DNA from: a virus
Taxonomy: Duplodnaviria; Caudoviricetes
IMG/VR virus record: IMGVR_UViG_3300036793_000172
Span: 26,808 to 90,807 of that record
Strand: one strand, 5' to 3'
Length of the DNA stretch: 64,000 nt
The notes below the pieces were generated by a model. That model did not search any database. It was given only the letters and a program-made list of their open reading frames with translations, and had not been told where the DNA came from. Shown in pieces: positions 37,109 to 46,525 of the stretch; the first letter of the stretch is position 1, and each line of letters starts with the position of its first letter. Made by a program: the position numbers and the translations under genes.

Positions 37109-37416
37109 TTCCCCTTGTCGTTCCACCAACCTTTTGCCTGCTTCAGCTCCGCCATCTTCGCGCCGATCTTCGCGGCGAACTCCTCGTCGTCCTGGTACCG
37201 GCTGCGCAGTGCTTGCTCGATCTCGTCGAGCAACGCGAACTCCCAGTCTTCTTCGGGGTCGATCGCGCTGCACTGCTGGGTGATCGCCTGACCGCCGATG
37301 CCCCGGCCGCGCCGGGAGGTGTTGCCGTACGTCGGGTGCATCTGCCACTGCAACAGAGACAGCAGCACCGCGAACTCATCCGTACTCGGACCAGGACCAG
37401 ATTCCGACGTAGTCAT
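37105..37416 (-). CDS. Hypothetical protein
   Basis: 103 aa ORF in a packed operon. Confidence 0.6.
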   Translation of the reverse strand: MTTSESGPGPSTDEFAVLLSLLQWQMHPTYGNTSRRGRGIGGQAITQQCSAIDPEEDWEFALLDEIEQALRSRYQDDEEFAAKIGAKMAELKQAKGWWNDKGK

Positions 37417-37651
37417 ACCGGTTGCCTTCCGCCTTGGGGTCGAGCCTGTAGTGATAGTGCGCCGCCGGTACCGGGCGCGGTGGCGTGAGGGGCGCGTGCG
37501 GCCACATCGGCTGGATCACCTTGCGGTCGGTGATCAGCAGCTCCTCGGCGAGGAACAACTGGTCGCCCGGTCCGAGCGACCGGAAGCCGGTCATCGTGAA
37601 CAACAGGCCGTCCATGGGACCGCCGAAGAGGACGCCCACCTCACGCTCCAT
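37376..37651 (-). CDS. Hypothetical protein
   Basis: VLFGGPMDG motif; GAGGAGG SD. Confidence 0.65.
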   Translation of the reverse strand: MEREVGVLFGGPMDGLLFTMTGFRSLGPGDQLFLAEELLITDRKVIQPMWPHAPLTPPRPVPAAHYHYRLDPKAEGNRYDYVGIWSWSEYG

Positions 37652-37662
37652 AGAGCACCTCC

Positions 37663-37857
37663 TCACGAGCTGACACGGGATGCCTTCCATGTCGCGCCGA
37701 GCCACACTACGGCGCCGAAGGCCATGGGGATGAAGAAGAGCGGATCCACGTAGCTGCCGAGCAACCCGCCGATCATCGTGAGCAAGTAGCCGAACACGCC
37801 CACTACGAAGCACAGCCGCAGCGTCCGCCGCCGAACGGACTGCCACCTAACGGCCAC
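37663..37857 (-). CDS. Small membrane protein
   Basis: Two hydrophobic segments. Confidence 0.6.
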   Translation of the reverse strand: MAVRWQSVRRRTLRLCFVVGVFGYLLTMIGGLLGSYVDPLFFIPMAFGAVVWLGATWKASRVSS

Positions 37858-38113
37858 CGATCCTCCTGGAGTTCTTGTCGATCCACGGGCCGAACATCAT
37901 CCTGATCGCGCCGCACCGGCACCGGTCCACCGGCACGTGCCCGGTTGTCGTCGTACCGCGCGTCTGCGCGGTGCAGAAGTGCCATCGCCACGGACGCTTG
38001 GCCTGGTGCCACGGGACGCCGTCGAGATGCTCGGTGATGCCGTTCTCGTCCTTGATCCAGTTTGGCTCATCGGTGAAGCCCGGGTCGAGGAAATCCTCAA
38101 GATCAGCCATCAC
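37847..38113 (-). CDS. Hypothetical protein
   Basis: AAGGAG SD; RCRCG motif. Confidence 0.65.
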   Translation of the reverse strand: MMADLEDFLDPGFTDEPNWIKDENGITEHLDGVPWHQAKRPWRWHFCTAQTRGTTTTGHVPVDRCRCGAIRMMFGPWIDKNSRRIGGR

Positions 38114-38549
38114 GATTCTCCTTCGGCAACCGCAGCGACTTGACCTGTTCGGTGATGGCCTTCAGCGCGGGATCCGGCGGAGTCGGCGAAGCGCCCGGCA
38201 ACAGCTCGATGCCGATCATCTGCCCGTCGCTCCGCCAGTCGATGTTGGCGACGACCTCCTGCGTCTGCGCCACATCGTCCCGCCGCAGCCGGACGTAGAA
38301 CGCGTGCGCCTCCTCGTCGTGCTCGACGGCGACTCCCTCGGCGATGTCACGCAGGACCATGCCCCGGATGTAGCCGAGCATGAAGACACCGTGCTCGTCG
38401 TTCTTCAGCGTGGACATGATGTGCCGCACGAAGTCGAACAGCGCGGGTGAGTAGTGCTGCGCCTGGGTCGCGTACTGCTCGAAGTGCTTCCTCGTGTCTT
38501 CGTACTGGAGATGGAATTCCGCTTCAGTCCATCTTGGCTCGGTGCTCAT
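38103..38549 (-). CDS. Hypothetical protein
   Basis: C-terminal HDEEAHAFYVRL...GQMIGIELL segment. Confidence 0.65.
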   Translation of the reverse strand: MSTEPRWTEAEFHLQYEDTRKHFEQYATQAQHYSPALFDFVRHIMSTLKNDEHGVFMLGYIRGMVLRDIAEGVAVEHDEEAHAFYVRLRRDDVAQTQEVVANIDWRSDGQMIGIELLPGASPTPPDPALKAITEQVKSLRLPKENRDG

Positions 38550-38803
38550 GCCTTCACCCCGAAGTGGTGTCCGATGCTCCATTGTGGAATGCGTTCCTGG
38601 AGCAGCTTCACTTGATACCTCGACAACCGCACCACGTACGTGCTGTCCTCGTCCGCCTCGATCTGGAACCAGATGCCGTTCAGGGCCTGATCGAAGCTGT
38701 AGTTGCCCATGGTGGCCTTGGAGACCGAGCCGATGAGCTTGAGCAGCCCCTCGGCGTCGACCCGCACCTTCAGCGGCTTGGGGCCGCGCGTGAACAGGCC
38801 CAT
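38546..38803 (-). CDS. Hypothetical protein
   Basis: Coupled start/stop overlaps. Confidence 0.65.
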   Translation of the reverse strand: MGLFTRGPKPLKVRVDAEGLLKLIGSVSKATMGNYSFDQALNGIWFQIEADEDSTYVVRLSRYQVKLLQERIPQWSIGHHFGVKA

Positions 38804-38979
38804 CAGCTCTTGTCCTTCGGCGGCTCGTACAGCGGGCCGCCCACGTTCTTCTTGATCGCCTCGCTGAGCTTCTTCGCGCCCTCGTCGGTGATCTCGCCGT
38901 GCTTGCCGCCCTTCTTCGTGGACGGGTTCATCCGGTCCTCGAAGTGGGTCTTGTTCTTGTCTTCCTTCTTGCCGCTCAT
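38803..38979 (-). CDS. Small Lys-rich protein
   Basis: MSGKKEDKNK..., ATGA overlap. Confidence 0.6.
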   Translation of the reverse strand: MSGKKEDKNKTHFEDRMNPSTKKGGKHGEITDEGAKKLSEAIKKNVGGPLYEPPKDKS

Positions 38980-39128
38980 CGCCGACGTCCCTTCTCTCGT
39001 TGAATCACGTGCCCCGTCCAGGCGTCGGACAGGGCGTAATGCCATTTGCCGTTGCGGGTGAACCTGAAGCGCCAGCCGACACGGACCGGGACGCCACCCG
39101 GGAAGTAGTTCACCGATTCGATCTTCAC
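38976..39128 (-). CDS. Hypothetical protein
   Basis: GTGA overlap; 50 aa. Confidence 0.55.
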   Translation of the reverse strand: MKIESVNYFPGGVPVRVGWRFRFTRNGKWHYALSDAWTGHVIQREKGRRR

Positions 39129-39427
39129 TTGTTGCCTTCGATCTTGTGTTCCTGCTTGTGCTCCGCCCACTTCGAAGGCCTGTCATCGGAGTTGTCGTAG
39201 TCGGAGAAGCTGTGGCCGCACAAGCAGTTCACCCACATTCCGAACGAGCCCATGAACGAGCTGTGGTAGCCGTGCGGGATGGTGCCGCCTCCATCGCACA
39301 TTGCGGATCGGACCAGCAGTGTGTGACGGCCGTGGTCCCGATCACCCTTCTTGCATTCAGGGATCTTCGCCACGAGGAAACCTGCTTCCCTCAGCAGCGC
39401 GATCGCCGCCTTGATCTCGTCGCTCAT
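39125..39427 (-). CDS. Hypothetical Cys/His protein
   Basis: MSDEIK start; CLCGH motif. Confidence 0.6.
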   Translation of the reverse strand: MSDEIKAAIALLREAGFLVAKIPECKKGDRDHGRHTLLVRSAMCDGGGTIPHGYHSSFMGSFGMWVNCLCGHSFSDYDNSDDRPSKWAEHKQEHKIEGNK

Positions 39428-39582
39428 TTGGGCGCCACTCCCGTCTTCACGTACAGGGTGAAGATGTGCGCGATACGGAGCACCTGCTCGGTGTAGTAAT
39501 CGCGCCCCTTCGACACCTGTACCGACTGTTCGATCGCCCACATCCTGAGCGCCCTCTCCTCGGCCTCTGTCATCTCAGCCAT
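39424..39582 (-). CDS. Hypothetical protein
   Basis: Not in the ORF track; MAEMTEAEERALRMWAIEQ...GVAPK. Confidence 0.55.
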   Translation of the reverse strand: MAEMTEAEERALRMWAIEQSVQVSKGRDYYTEQVLRIAHIFTLYVKTGVAPK

Positions 39583-40048
39583 CGATATCCCTCTTCTTCA
39601 GCGAGTCGAGGTGCTCATCCATCTCGGCGCGCAGCTCAGCGATCCTGCCGTCGGCGATCATCTGCACCCGGCGCGGTGCCTCGCCGGGCTCGTAAGCGGC
39701 GTTGTCGTCGCAGTCGGAGCAGTAGTACTCCTTGCCGCCGGAGAACATCGAGTAAATGGTGTTCGTGCCGCCGCACATGCCGCAGTGGTGCTTGCCGTCG
39801 CCCGGCTCGGGCTTGCGTTCCGGCTCCGGCGAGTCCGTCCACAACGAGTCGTCGCCCGCGACTTCCAGGATCTTCGCGATCTCCTTGTCGGTGGCGGGCG
39901 TCATGTCCTCCACGTACGCCGCGATCCGGCGCAAGTCGTCCTGCACTTCGGTGGAGGCCCCGCCGCGCTGCTGATCCCGGTGATCGAGCCAATCGGCCAG
40001 CAGGCGCAGCTTCATCGCGTCTCCGGCGAGGGGTCCCTGATCAGCCAT
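39575..40048 (-). CDS. Hypothetical protein with Zn-ribbon
   Basis: CGMCGG...YYCSDC. Confidence 0.65.
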   Translation of the reverse strand: MADQGPLAGDAMKLRLLADWLDHRDQQRGGASTEVQDDLRRIAAYVEDMTPATDKEIAKILEVAGDDSLWTDSPEPERKPEPGDGKHHCGMCGGTNTIYSMFSGGKEYYCSDCDDNAAYEPGEAPRRVQMIADGRIAELRAEMDEHLDSLKKRDIDG

Positions 40049-40469
40049 CGTCCTTCACCACCTTCACCACGTCGAAGGTGTGCGCGCCGCGTTCGCGGCC
40101 TGATCGGTTGCTGCGCAAGGTAAGCCCGGTCGTCGCGCCCTTGCCGACGACGGTCCAGAGAATGCTTCCGCTCGTGAAGTGCACGGTGTCGCCGATGTCG
40201 AAGTCGTTGACCGGGTTGTGATAGGCGGGAAGCGGTTTCGGAGGCACGAGGATCCCCTCTCGGTAGACGACGAGTTGCTCGTCGGTGTAAGCGACCAGGT
40301 CTGAGACCTCAAGTCGGACGTAGGTGTTGTCGCGGGTGTACACGGCCGCGTCCCACTGCATGCCCGCCCACATGTAGCGGAAGCGGCCGGGACCGACGCG
40401 TTCCCGCGCCCACTGGGTGATGGTGTAGCCGGTGGCGCTGGTGCCGTCCCAGCGTTGCGAGTCCTCCAT
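40041..40469 (-). CDS. Hypothetical protein with SH3-like C-terminus
   Basis: FDIGDTVHFTSGSILWTVV. Confidence 0.6.
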   Translation of the reverse strand: MEDSQRWDGTSATGYTITQWARERVGPGRFRYMWAGMQWDAAVYTRDNTYVRLEVSDLVAYTDEQLVVYREGILVPPKPLPAYHNPVNDFDIGDTVHFTSGSILWTVVGKGATTGLTLRSNRSGRERGAHTFDVVKVVKDDG

Positions 40470-40572
40470 CAGCGGTGCGGACAGCTGCCGGTGTGGTCGC
40501 CCCACATACCGCCGCACGTCTGGCATTTGCCGTTCGGATTCATGATGCCTCCTCTCGATCTTCGTTGGTTGT

Positions 40573-40782
40573 TCAACACGTACACCGTGCCGTCGCGCGC
40601 AGGCAGCCGTGACAGCGCAGTGTGTAGCCGTCCTCGTCGTACGCGCCCCGGTAGGTGGTCCACTTCCCGCACGGGCACCGCTCCTTGCGCGGCTTCTCGC
40701 GCGGGACGACGATGATGCAGTCGTCACCATCGGGCCGGAGGCATTCGCCCGCGCGGACACACGCCACGCATGGGTCACTCAC
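40573..40782 (-). CDS. Cys-rich small protein
   Basis: Nine Cys in 69 aa. Confidence 0.55.
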   Translation of the reverse strand: MSDPCVACVRAGECLRPDGDDCIIVVPREKPRKERCPCGKWTTYRGAYDEDGYTLRCHGCLRATARCTC

Positions 40783-41170
40783 GACGCTTCTCCGGGACGA
40801 AACCCGCGCAGTTCTTGGTGCACTCGTCGCACGCGCCGTTGTAGTCGTTCAGGTGCCGGGCGCGGAGGTGGCCGCAGAAGTCGCACAGCTCGATCGCACG
40901 GCCCATGGGCGAGTAGGGCCGACCGTTCGAGCCGAAGTTCATGACCTTCCACACCTCGTCCGGCGCGGGCACGTACACGATGGGCCAATGCATCACGTCC
41001 ACGTCGGTGTCGGTCTCCATCGGCCCGTAGACGTCGATGATGTGCCACTTGGCGTCTTCGCCCATCTGGTCAAGGAGGATCGCGTGAGCGAAGCCCTCAG
41101 GGGCACGACGGACGGTCCCGTGCGGAAGCTTGTTCGCCGCGTCGACCGTGAGGGTGGGATTGGTGATCAT
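40775..41170 (-). CDS. Hypothetical protein with C-terminal Cys/His finger
   Basis: CDFCGH...H...C..C...C. Confidence 0.65.
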   Translation of the reverse strand: MITNPTLTVDAANKLPHGTVRRAPEGFAHAILLDQMGEDAKWHIIDVYGPMETDTDVDVMHWPIVYVPAPDEVWKVMNFGSNGRPYSPMGRAIELCDFCGHLRARHLNDYNGACDECTKNCAGFVPEKRRE

Positions 41171-41412
41171 GCGCCCTCCTCTCCGAGGTCGCCGAGGATG
41201 GTGATGATCCGCAGCACGTCCTCGCGCTCGGGGCAGTCGTTGATCAACTGCTCTTCCATTTTGAGGGCGATCTTCAGGGCCCCGTCGATCCGCACACGCA
41301 ACTCCTGCGCGGTCGCGTCGGCACCGTTCGCCGCCAACCGTGAGTTCTCCACGGTGAGCGCCTCAACCCGCTCACGCAACTGACGGATGCGCTCGGTTCG
41401 GGGCACGCTCAC
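41167..41412 (-). CDS. Coiled-coil protein
   Basis: Heptad pattern, coupled overlaps. Confidence 0.65.
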   Translation of the reverse strand: MSVPRTERIRQLRERVEALTVENSRLAANGADATAQELRVRIDGALKIALKMEEQLINDCPEREDVLRIITILGDLGEEGA

Positions 41413-41825
41413 TCCTCATCCTCAGCGAACGCCATGAGCAGCTTCTCCAGCTGGCTCGGCAAACGCTCGGGATCGTCGGGCAGCTCGTCGAAGCCGGTCA
41501 CCTCGGCGTTGAACCACGTGCCGCACTTCGTGCAGAAGCCGCACCCGTTGCGGAAGTGCCGACGCTCGAAGGGGCCGTGCTGCGGAGCGGCCGGGCACGA
41601 AGCCATCTCCAGCACCTTCAGCCAGCAGACCTTCTCCGCCTGGGCGAGTGTCTCGCCCTCGCCACGGAGGAACGTGCCCTTCGGGAACGCCTCCACGAAC
41701 GCGGTCGTGTAGTTCGGCTCGCCCTCGGGTGTGATCACGAGGCCGCTCTTGCCGCCTTGCACCAGCATCCACACCGGCCACGCGTATTGCATCTCGTGGT
41801 CGGTGTTCTGAATCAGTCTGGTCAT
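41409..41825 (-). CDS. Hypothetical protein
   Basis: GGGAGG SD; GFCTKCG. Confidence 0.7.
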   Translation of the reverse strand: MTRLIQNTDHEMQYAWPVWMLVQGGKSGLVITPEGEPNYTTAFVEAFPKGTFLRGEGETLAQAEKVCWLKVLEMASCPAAPQHGPFERRHFRNGCGFCTKCGTWFNAEVTGFDELPDDPERLPSQLEKLLMAFAEDEE

Positions 41826-41840
41826 GCGATACCTCCCTTG

Positions 41841-41871
41841 CGTCTTGTCAAGGTTAACCGGGCTGTCAAGG
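41841..41871 (-). promoter_or_regulatory. Tandem CCTTGACA boxes 18 bp apart (promoter-like)
   Basis: Copies at 41846-41853 and 41864-41871; no good -10 at 17 bp. Confidence 0.35.
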
Positions 41872-42198
41872 CTTCCTCAGACCCAGTAGTCGCAGGTCGT
41901 CCAGGAAGGGGGCGGGCTCGACCGTCAGGAACGGGATACGCTCGGCCACCTTGGGCTCGAAGGGCGGGTCGGCTTCCAGCGTCACCCAGAACCGTTCACC
42001 GATGAGCGTCATCGCGTTCTCCGCTGTGATCGACTTGTCTTGGCTCTTGAGCAACCTGCTGCCCTGGGTTAGGAAGGCTCGGCGGCCGGAGATCTGAGGC
42101 ATCACGATCCACACCCGCACGGGGTCGAGATCGTTCCTGTCCAGGAAGATCTCTTCCCAGTCGACCGAGATCACGCGGAGCAGTCTGCGTACGGTCAT
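41866..42198 (-). CDS. Hypothetical protein
   Basis: ATGA overlap. Confidence 0.6.
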   Translation of the reverse strand: MTVRRLLRVISVDWEEIFLDRNDLDPVRVWIVMPQISGRRAFLTQGSRLLKSQDKSITAENAMTLIGERFWVTLEADPPFEPKVAERIPFLTVEPAPFLDDLRLLGLRKP

Positions 42199-42467
42199 CC
42201 CCACTCCTCCGGGTCGTCGCGGTTCGCGAGGTAGCGCTCGCGCTTCTCCTCTTCGCTCTCCGACGGCGTCTCCTTCGCCTCACACTCACGGCATCGCCAC
42301 TTGGCATCGGATTCGCCCAGTTCTTTGACGATCAACCGGTCGGACTCCCCACACACCTCGCACGTGCCCAGGAAGTCACTCGGGGTGACGTCTATGCCGA
42401 TGCCGTCGAGGGCCTTGATCCACGACTGAATCGTGGCGTGGTCTTCTTCCTTGCCCATGCGCCTCAC
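42195..42467 (-). CDS. Zn-ribbon protein
   Basis: CEVCG...WRCREC. Confidence 0.6.
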   Translation of the reverse strand: MRRMGKEEDHATIQSWIKALDGIGIDVTPSDFLGTCEVCGESDRLIVKELGESDAKWRCRECEAKETPSESEEEKRERYLANRDDPEEWG

Positions 42468-42955
42468 TCCTCCCTCGGGTCGGCGGCATAGCTGCTGCCC
42501 TCTTGGCCGGGCTCGTTCGAGCCGTGGCACACGTTGCGGTGGTCGGTGGCGGCCGGGCATCGCTTGTTGCCGCACACGCGGCACAGGTGCATCCGGAGGC
42601 GCACGCGCATCAACGGGCTTTCCTCGTCGCCCGGCTCCGGCATCGGCGGGCGCTTCTCGGCGGGCGGCTTGCCGCTGATGAACTCGGCCCACGTTGGCTC
42701 GTACGGCATTTCGCACGCGGTGCACGGGCATCCGTCCGGGTTCGAGTACCAGCCGTCCGGGTAGGGCTTACGGTCCCGGCGGACGTTGCTCTCGCACACC
42801 TCCACCGGGTGCATGCGCTTCGCCGGGACCGCGTGGGACTCGTGGCACGACGCTTCGCAACCGTCGTCGCACTCGGTGGGGCACGTGTAGCCGGGGCTGC
42901 CCGACTCGCCCGTCCGGCGCGGCGAGCGGCGACGGTGGATGGGCTCTTCGGTCAC
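42464..42955 (-). CDS. Cys/His-rich protein
   Basis: Multiple Cys clusters; LCRVCGNKRCP.ATDH. Confidence 0.65.
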   Translation of the reverse strand: MTEEPIHRRRSPRRTGESGSPGYTCPTECDDGCEASCHESHAVPAKRMHPVEVCESNVRRDRKPYPDGWYSNPDGCPCTACEMPYEPTWAEFISGKPPAEKRPPMPEPGDEESPLMRVRLRMHLCRVCGNKRCPAATDHRNVCHGSNEPGQEGSSYAADPREE

Positions 42956-43152
42956 GGCAATTCTCCCTTCATTTCCCGGACGACGTGGCTGAGCCTCGTG
43001 ACGGCGCTGGTGATCTGACTAAGGAGTCGTGCAAGGTTGGTGGTCATTCCGTAGACGGTGCGATGGTATTCCTTGTGCTTCTCCGCCATAGAGTTCTCGA
43101 CTACCGCACCGCATTCGTCGCAGGCAGAAAGCTGGCTGGAATTAAGGATCAT
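42952..43152 (-). CDS. Hypothetical protein
   Basis: CDECG...HKEYH. Confidence 0.6.
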   Translation of the reverse strand: MILNSSQLSACDECGAVVENSMAEKHKEYHRTVYGMTTNLARLLSQITSAVTRLSHVVREMKGELP

Positions 43153-43595
43153 GGCCGCTCCACTTCCCCGAAGTCGTTGCCGTCGATGGGCTGGGTGAGT
43201 TGGTCGGCGAGCTGCTTGTCGCGCAGGACGATCGCGGTCTTTTCCCACGACAGCAACGTTTCACGCTTCTTCGCGTCGCTCATCTCACCCTGGCGCACGG
43301 ACTCCAGGTCGTCGGCGAGCGTGCCGAAGTCGTCGCGCAAGGATTCCTCGGCATGTGCCGCATCCACCCGGGCAAGCACCTGCCGGTCCACGACGGGACC
43401 GACGATGCGGTTCATGATCTCCCTCGCCGTGATGCGCTTGTCGGCGATGCCCTCGAACTCCACCAGCAGCAGAACGATGGACTCCTCCACGCTCGCGCTC
43501 AGTTCGAGAAGCGTGAGGTGGACGGCGCAGAGACCGTCGTGCACCTCTTCCTGCGGGCACGGTTTTCCGGCCGTCATGTAGATGCAAGGGCTCAT
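43149..43595 (-). CDS. Hypothetical protein
   Basis: ATGA overlap; N-terminal Cys/His finger. Confidence 0.6.
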   Translation of the reverse strand: MSPCIYMTAGKPCPQEEVHDGLCAVHLTLLELSASVEESIVLLLVEFEGIADKRITAREIMNRIVGPVVDRQVLARVDAAHAEESLRDDFGTLADDLESVRQGEMSDAKKRETLLSWEKTAIVLRDKQLADQLTQPIDGNDFGEVERP

Positions 43596-44053
43596 GGCTT
43601 GGCCTCCTGTTCCTTGGCCTGCTCGGCGTCGATCCACCGGTCGGTCTCCCACCGGGCGAGGTCCTTGGTGCCGTACGTGAAGATCGACGACTTCCAGTGG
43701 TTCCAGAAGGCCACGGCCACGTCGTGGTAGCTTCCGTCCTCAATGGACGGTCGTGCGCCGATGAGGAACGCTTCGATCATCTCGATCACACGCTCGTCGG
43801 AGAAACCGATGATCCACGAGCTTTCGATCGTCGTCTCCAGCTGCTTGATGTAGTGCATCGTCACGTCGGTCGCCGCTCCGCCCTCCGGGCCGAGAAGCGC
43901 CGACAGGAACGCGATCACGTCCTGGTCGCGCTGGTGCTGGCGGGCGAGTTCGTGGTTGCGGGCTCGGTACTTCGCGAGCAGGTTCTTCGCCGTCGTCAAA
44001 CGGTCACGCAGGTAGACGGCGCGCGCGAGAAGCCGATCTTCTTTCTCCGTCAA
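43592..44053 (-). CDS. Hypothetical coiled-coil protein
   Basis: TTGA overlap, GAGGAGG SD. Confidence 0.6.
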   Translation of the reverse strand: MTEKEDRLLARAVYLRDRLTTAKNLLAKYRARNHELARQHQRDQDVIAFLSALLGPEGGAATDVTMHYIKQLETTIESSWIIGFSDERVIEMIEAFLIGARPSIEDGSYHDVAVAFWNHWKSSIFTYGTKDLARWETDRWIDAEQAKEQEAKP

Positions 44054-44271
44054 CGGTTCCTCCTCGTCTTGATCCGGGCCTCCACGGCCACGTCGACCCG
44101 GCTCACCATCGCGAGAAGCTCCCAGATCGCCACGAGCGACGGGCCGGTGATGGAGAACGGTGCGCCCATCGCCTTCCCGACCATCGTGTACCGGCCGTTG
44201 TCGGCCCTGGTGACCGTGGTGGTGTAGCCGTAGCGGCGTTTGACCAGCCACGCGTAGAGCCGCAGTCGCAT
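44050..44271 (-). CDS. Hypothetical basic protein
   Basis: First gene after the 44309-44337 promoter. Confidence 0.65.
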   Translation of the reverse strand: MRLRLYAWLVKRRYGYTTTVTRADNGRYTMVGKAMGAPFSITGPSLVAIWELLAMVSRVDVAVEARIKTRRNR

Positions 44272-44282
44272 CAGGGCCTCCC

Positions 44283-44337
44283 TCGTTCAGGTTTGTGAGC
44301 AAGCTCTTATTGTCCCACAAACCTGAACGAAAGACAA
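44283..44337 (-). promoter_or_regulatory. Promoter TTGTCT-N17-GACAAT overlapped by a perfect 15-bp inverted repeat
   Basis: Arms at 44283-44297 and 44316-44330. Confidence 0.7.
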
Positions 44338-44339
44338 GG

Positions 44340-46481
44340 TTACTCTCGCTTCTTTCCGCAGCCCGAGCAGTACGTTTCGTCCTCGTAGTGGAACGTCGCC
44401 GGACCGGCAGGACAGGTGCACCAACCCGGCTTGACGAGCGTCGCCACCCGCGACTTCACGAACTGCTCGTTCTCGCTCAGACCGGCCAGCGGGTAGAGCG
44501 TGGTCTCCTCGGAGTGGATCCCGAAGGTGCGTGCGATCCACTCACGGGACCGGCCCACACGCCCCTGCTTGGTCTGGTTGTCCGCGAGCGCGTTGCTCAT
44601 CGAGTCGGACATGACGAACTGGTCGTAGCGGATCTCCCACCACGCGTCCCGGGTACGGTCCTCGATCTTGCGGGCTCGGCCGGTGGCCTTCACCGAGCCG
44701 CGTTCGATGGTCTCGAAGGTGATCGGCGCGCGTTCCGCCTCGGTCGTTTCCGGCGGAGTCTCCTCGGTGCTGAACGTGACCGTGATCTTCTGCTCGCCCG
44801 ACTGCACCTGCATCTCCGGCGCAGACTCGTCCATGACCATGACTCGTCCGCGCAACACCTCGTCCACCGTGGTCAACGGCGGCCCGAGCACACGGTCACC
44901 ATCACCGTCGCTGGCCTCGACGATCTCACGCAGGGGACCCCACGAGCGGAGGATGTATTCGAGGTTGTCGTATTCGTCCTCGTCACCCTCGACGACCTTC
45001 TCCTCGAACTCCTTGATCGCGTCGTCTTCGCTCTCAATGTCCCAGTCGGAGGTCATGTACGTGCCGCTCAGGAGCACCCATTCGTCGTTGTCCTTGTCCT
45101 GGAACCAGCGCAGCTTCGTGCCCAGGGGAGTCGTCTTCGGCGTCTCTGCGGGCGTCTCAGGGGCCGGAACGGGCTTCTCCTCGCGGACGACGAGGCGACC
45201 GCGCTGTCCCCATACCCTGCGGTCTTCGCGGTTGTCGAAGTAGATCTTCGCCGCCCCCCGCTCGCCACCACCGTGGTCGGCCGCGAACCACCGGTCGTCT
45301 TCGTACTCGTACCACGTCTTGCTGCCGACGCCGGGACGAGCCTTCAACGGTTTGATGTGCTCGACCGAGTCGGTGACACGGTTTTTTCTCTCAACCATGG
45401 CACGCAGGGAGTCCTCCACGTCGACAGGCTGGTCTTCGACCAAGCCCAAGTCTTCCTGCTTACGGCCGTACCAGGGGGACGCACGGTTCTCGAAGTAGAG
45501 CTGCGCTGCGACACGCTCGTCGCCATCGCCCTGCGAGTTGAGCCACCGGTTTTCCTCGTACTCGTACCAGGTCTTGCCCTGGCGGTCCTGGCGGGCACGC
45601 AACGGCATGATGTTGTCCACCGACTCGGCGTCGGCATTGACCCTGGCAATGATGCGTCGCTGGTCCTCGGGCACGTCCTTGACGACGGAAGCAGCGGGCG
45701 TGCCCTCGACCTTGGCGACGGGGTTGATCACGTCCACGAAGTCGATGCTCTCGGTCGTACGGCCGAAGCTGCTCCGATCTTCACGGTGCTCAAGATAGTT
45801 CTCGGCCGCCCTGGTCGGCTCACCGCAGAACCACCGGTTCTCCTCGAACTCGCACCACTCCACGCCATGGCGGTCCGTACGACGAGCCATGGGTGCGACA
45901 TCCCGGATCCTCATCGCCTGACGGTTCGCTTCCTCGATGGCCTTGCGGATGGAGTCGGCCAGCCGATGGCGCATGGCTTCCAGGTCGGCCTCGTGGGCGG
46001 TGGGCTGCACGGGCTCCTCCTCGGACTTCAACGCGGTCGGACGAGGCAGCCGACGCTCGGCCCTCGGCTCCTCGAAGAACGGGACCTCGCTGGGGCGGAA
46101 GTACTCGACCGACACACACCGCCACCGCTTGAGGAAACCCTCGTCGAGAGCGCCGCCGTAATGCCTTCCGTGGTCGACGGACTCACGGGTGGCACCGTCG
46201 CGGTTGCTGTGGCCGAAGACGACGTGGAACGGGCGCGTCTCCGTGGCGATCTCGTGCCCCGGGTGATCGCCGTTGCGGACGACGAAGTTGCGCAACGTCA
46301 CGTGCTGCCCGTCGTGGGGGCGCAGCGGGCCCGCCAAGGACTCCAAGGCCTCCTTGCGGATCCCGCGAAGATCGCCTTCGCCGTAGCTGTTGGACGCGTC
46401 GATGAAGCTGTGCTGTTTGATGAACTGGTCGGGCGTCACCTCCCACCAGATCTCGCCGTTCTTGTCGCGGTAGGGGTTCAT
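44340..46481 (-). CDS. Internally repeated 713-aa protein
   Basis: Three W(Y/C)E(Y/F)E(E/D)(N/D)RW...AA..Y.E(N/H)R units; terminal WWE(V/I)..DQF units. Confidence 0.8.
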   Translation of the reverse strand: MNPYRDKNGEIWWEVTPDQFIKQHSFIDASNSYGEGDLRGIRKEALESLAGPLRPHDGQHVTLRNFVVRNGDHPGHEIATETRPFHVVFGHSNRDGATRESVDHGRHYGGALDEGFLKRWRCVSVEYFRPSEVPFFEEPRAERRLPRPTALKSEEEPVQPTAHEADLEAMRHRLADSIRKAIEEANRQAMRIRDVAPMARRTDRHGVEWCEFEENRWFCGEPTRAAENYLEHREDRSSFGRTTESIDFVDVINPVAKVEGTPAASVVKDVPEDQRRIIARVNADAESVDNIMPLRARQDRQGKTWYEYEENRWLNSQGDGDERVAAQLYFENRASPWYGRKQEDLGLVEDQPVDVEDSLRAMVERKNRVTDSVEHIKPLKARPGVGSKTWYEYEDDRWFAADHGGGERGAAKIYFDNREDRRVWGQRGRLVVREEKPVPAPETPAETPKTTPLGTKLRWFQDKDNDEWVLLSGTYMTSDWDIESEDDAIKEFEEKVVEGDEDEYDNLEYILRSWGPLREIVEASDGDGDRVLGPPLTTVDEVLRGRVMVMDESAPEMQVQSGEQKITVTFSTEETPPETTEAERAPITFETIERGSVKATGRARKIEDRTRDAWWEIRYDQFVMSDSMSNALADNQTKQGRVGRSREWIARTFGIHSEETTLYPLAGLSENEQFVKSRVATLVKPGWCTCPAGPATFHYEDETYCSGCGKKRE

Positions 46482-46525
46482 GAGGCCTCCTGGGGGTCAG
46501 GGCGGATGGGTGTCGTAACTCTTGC

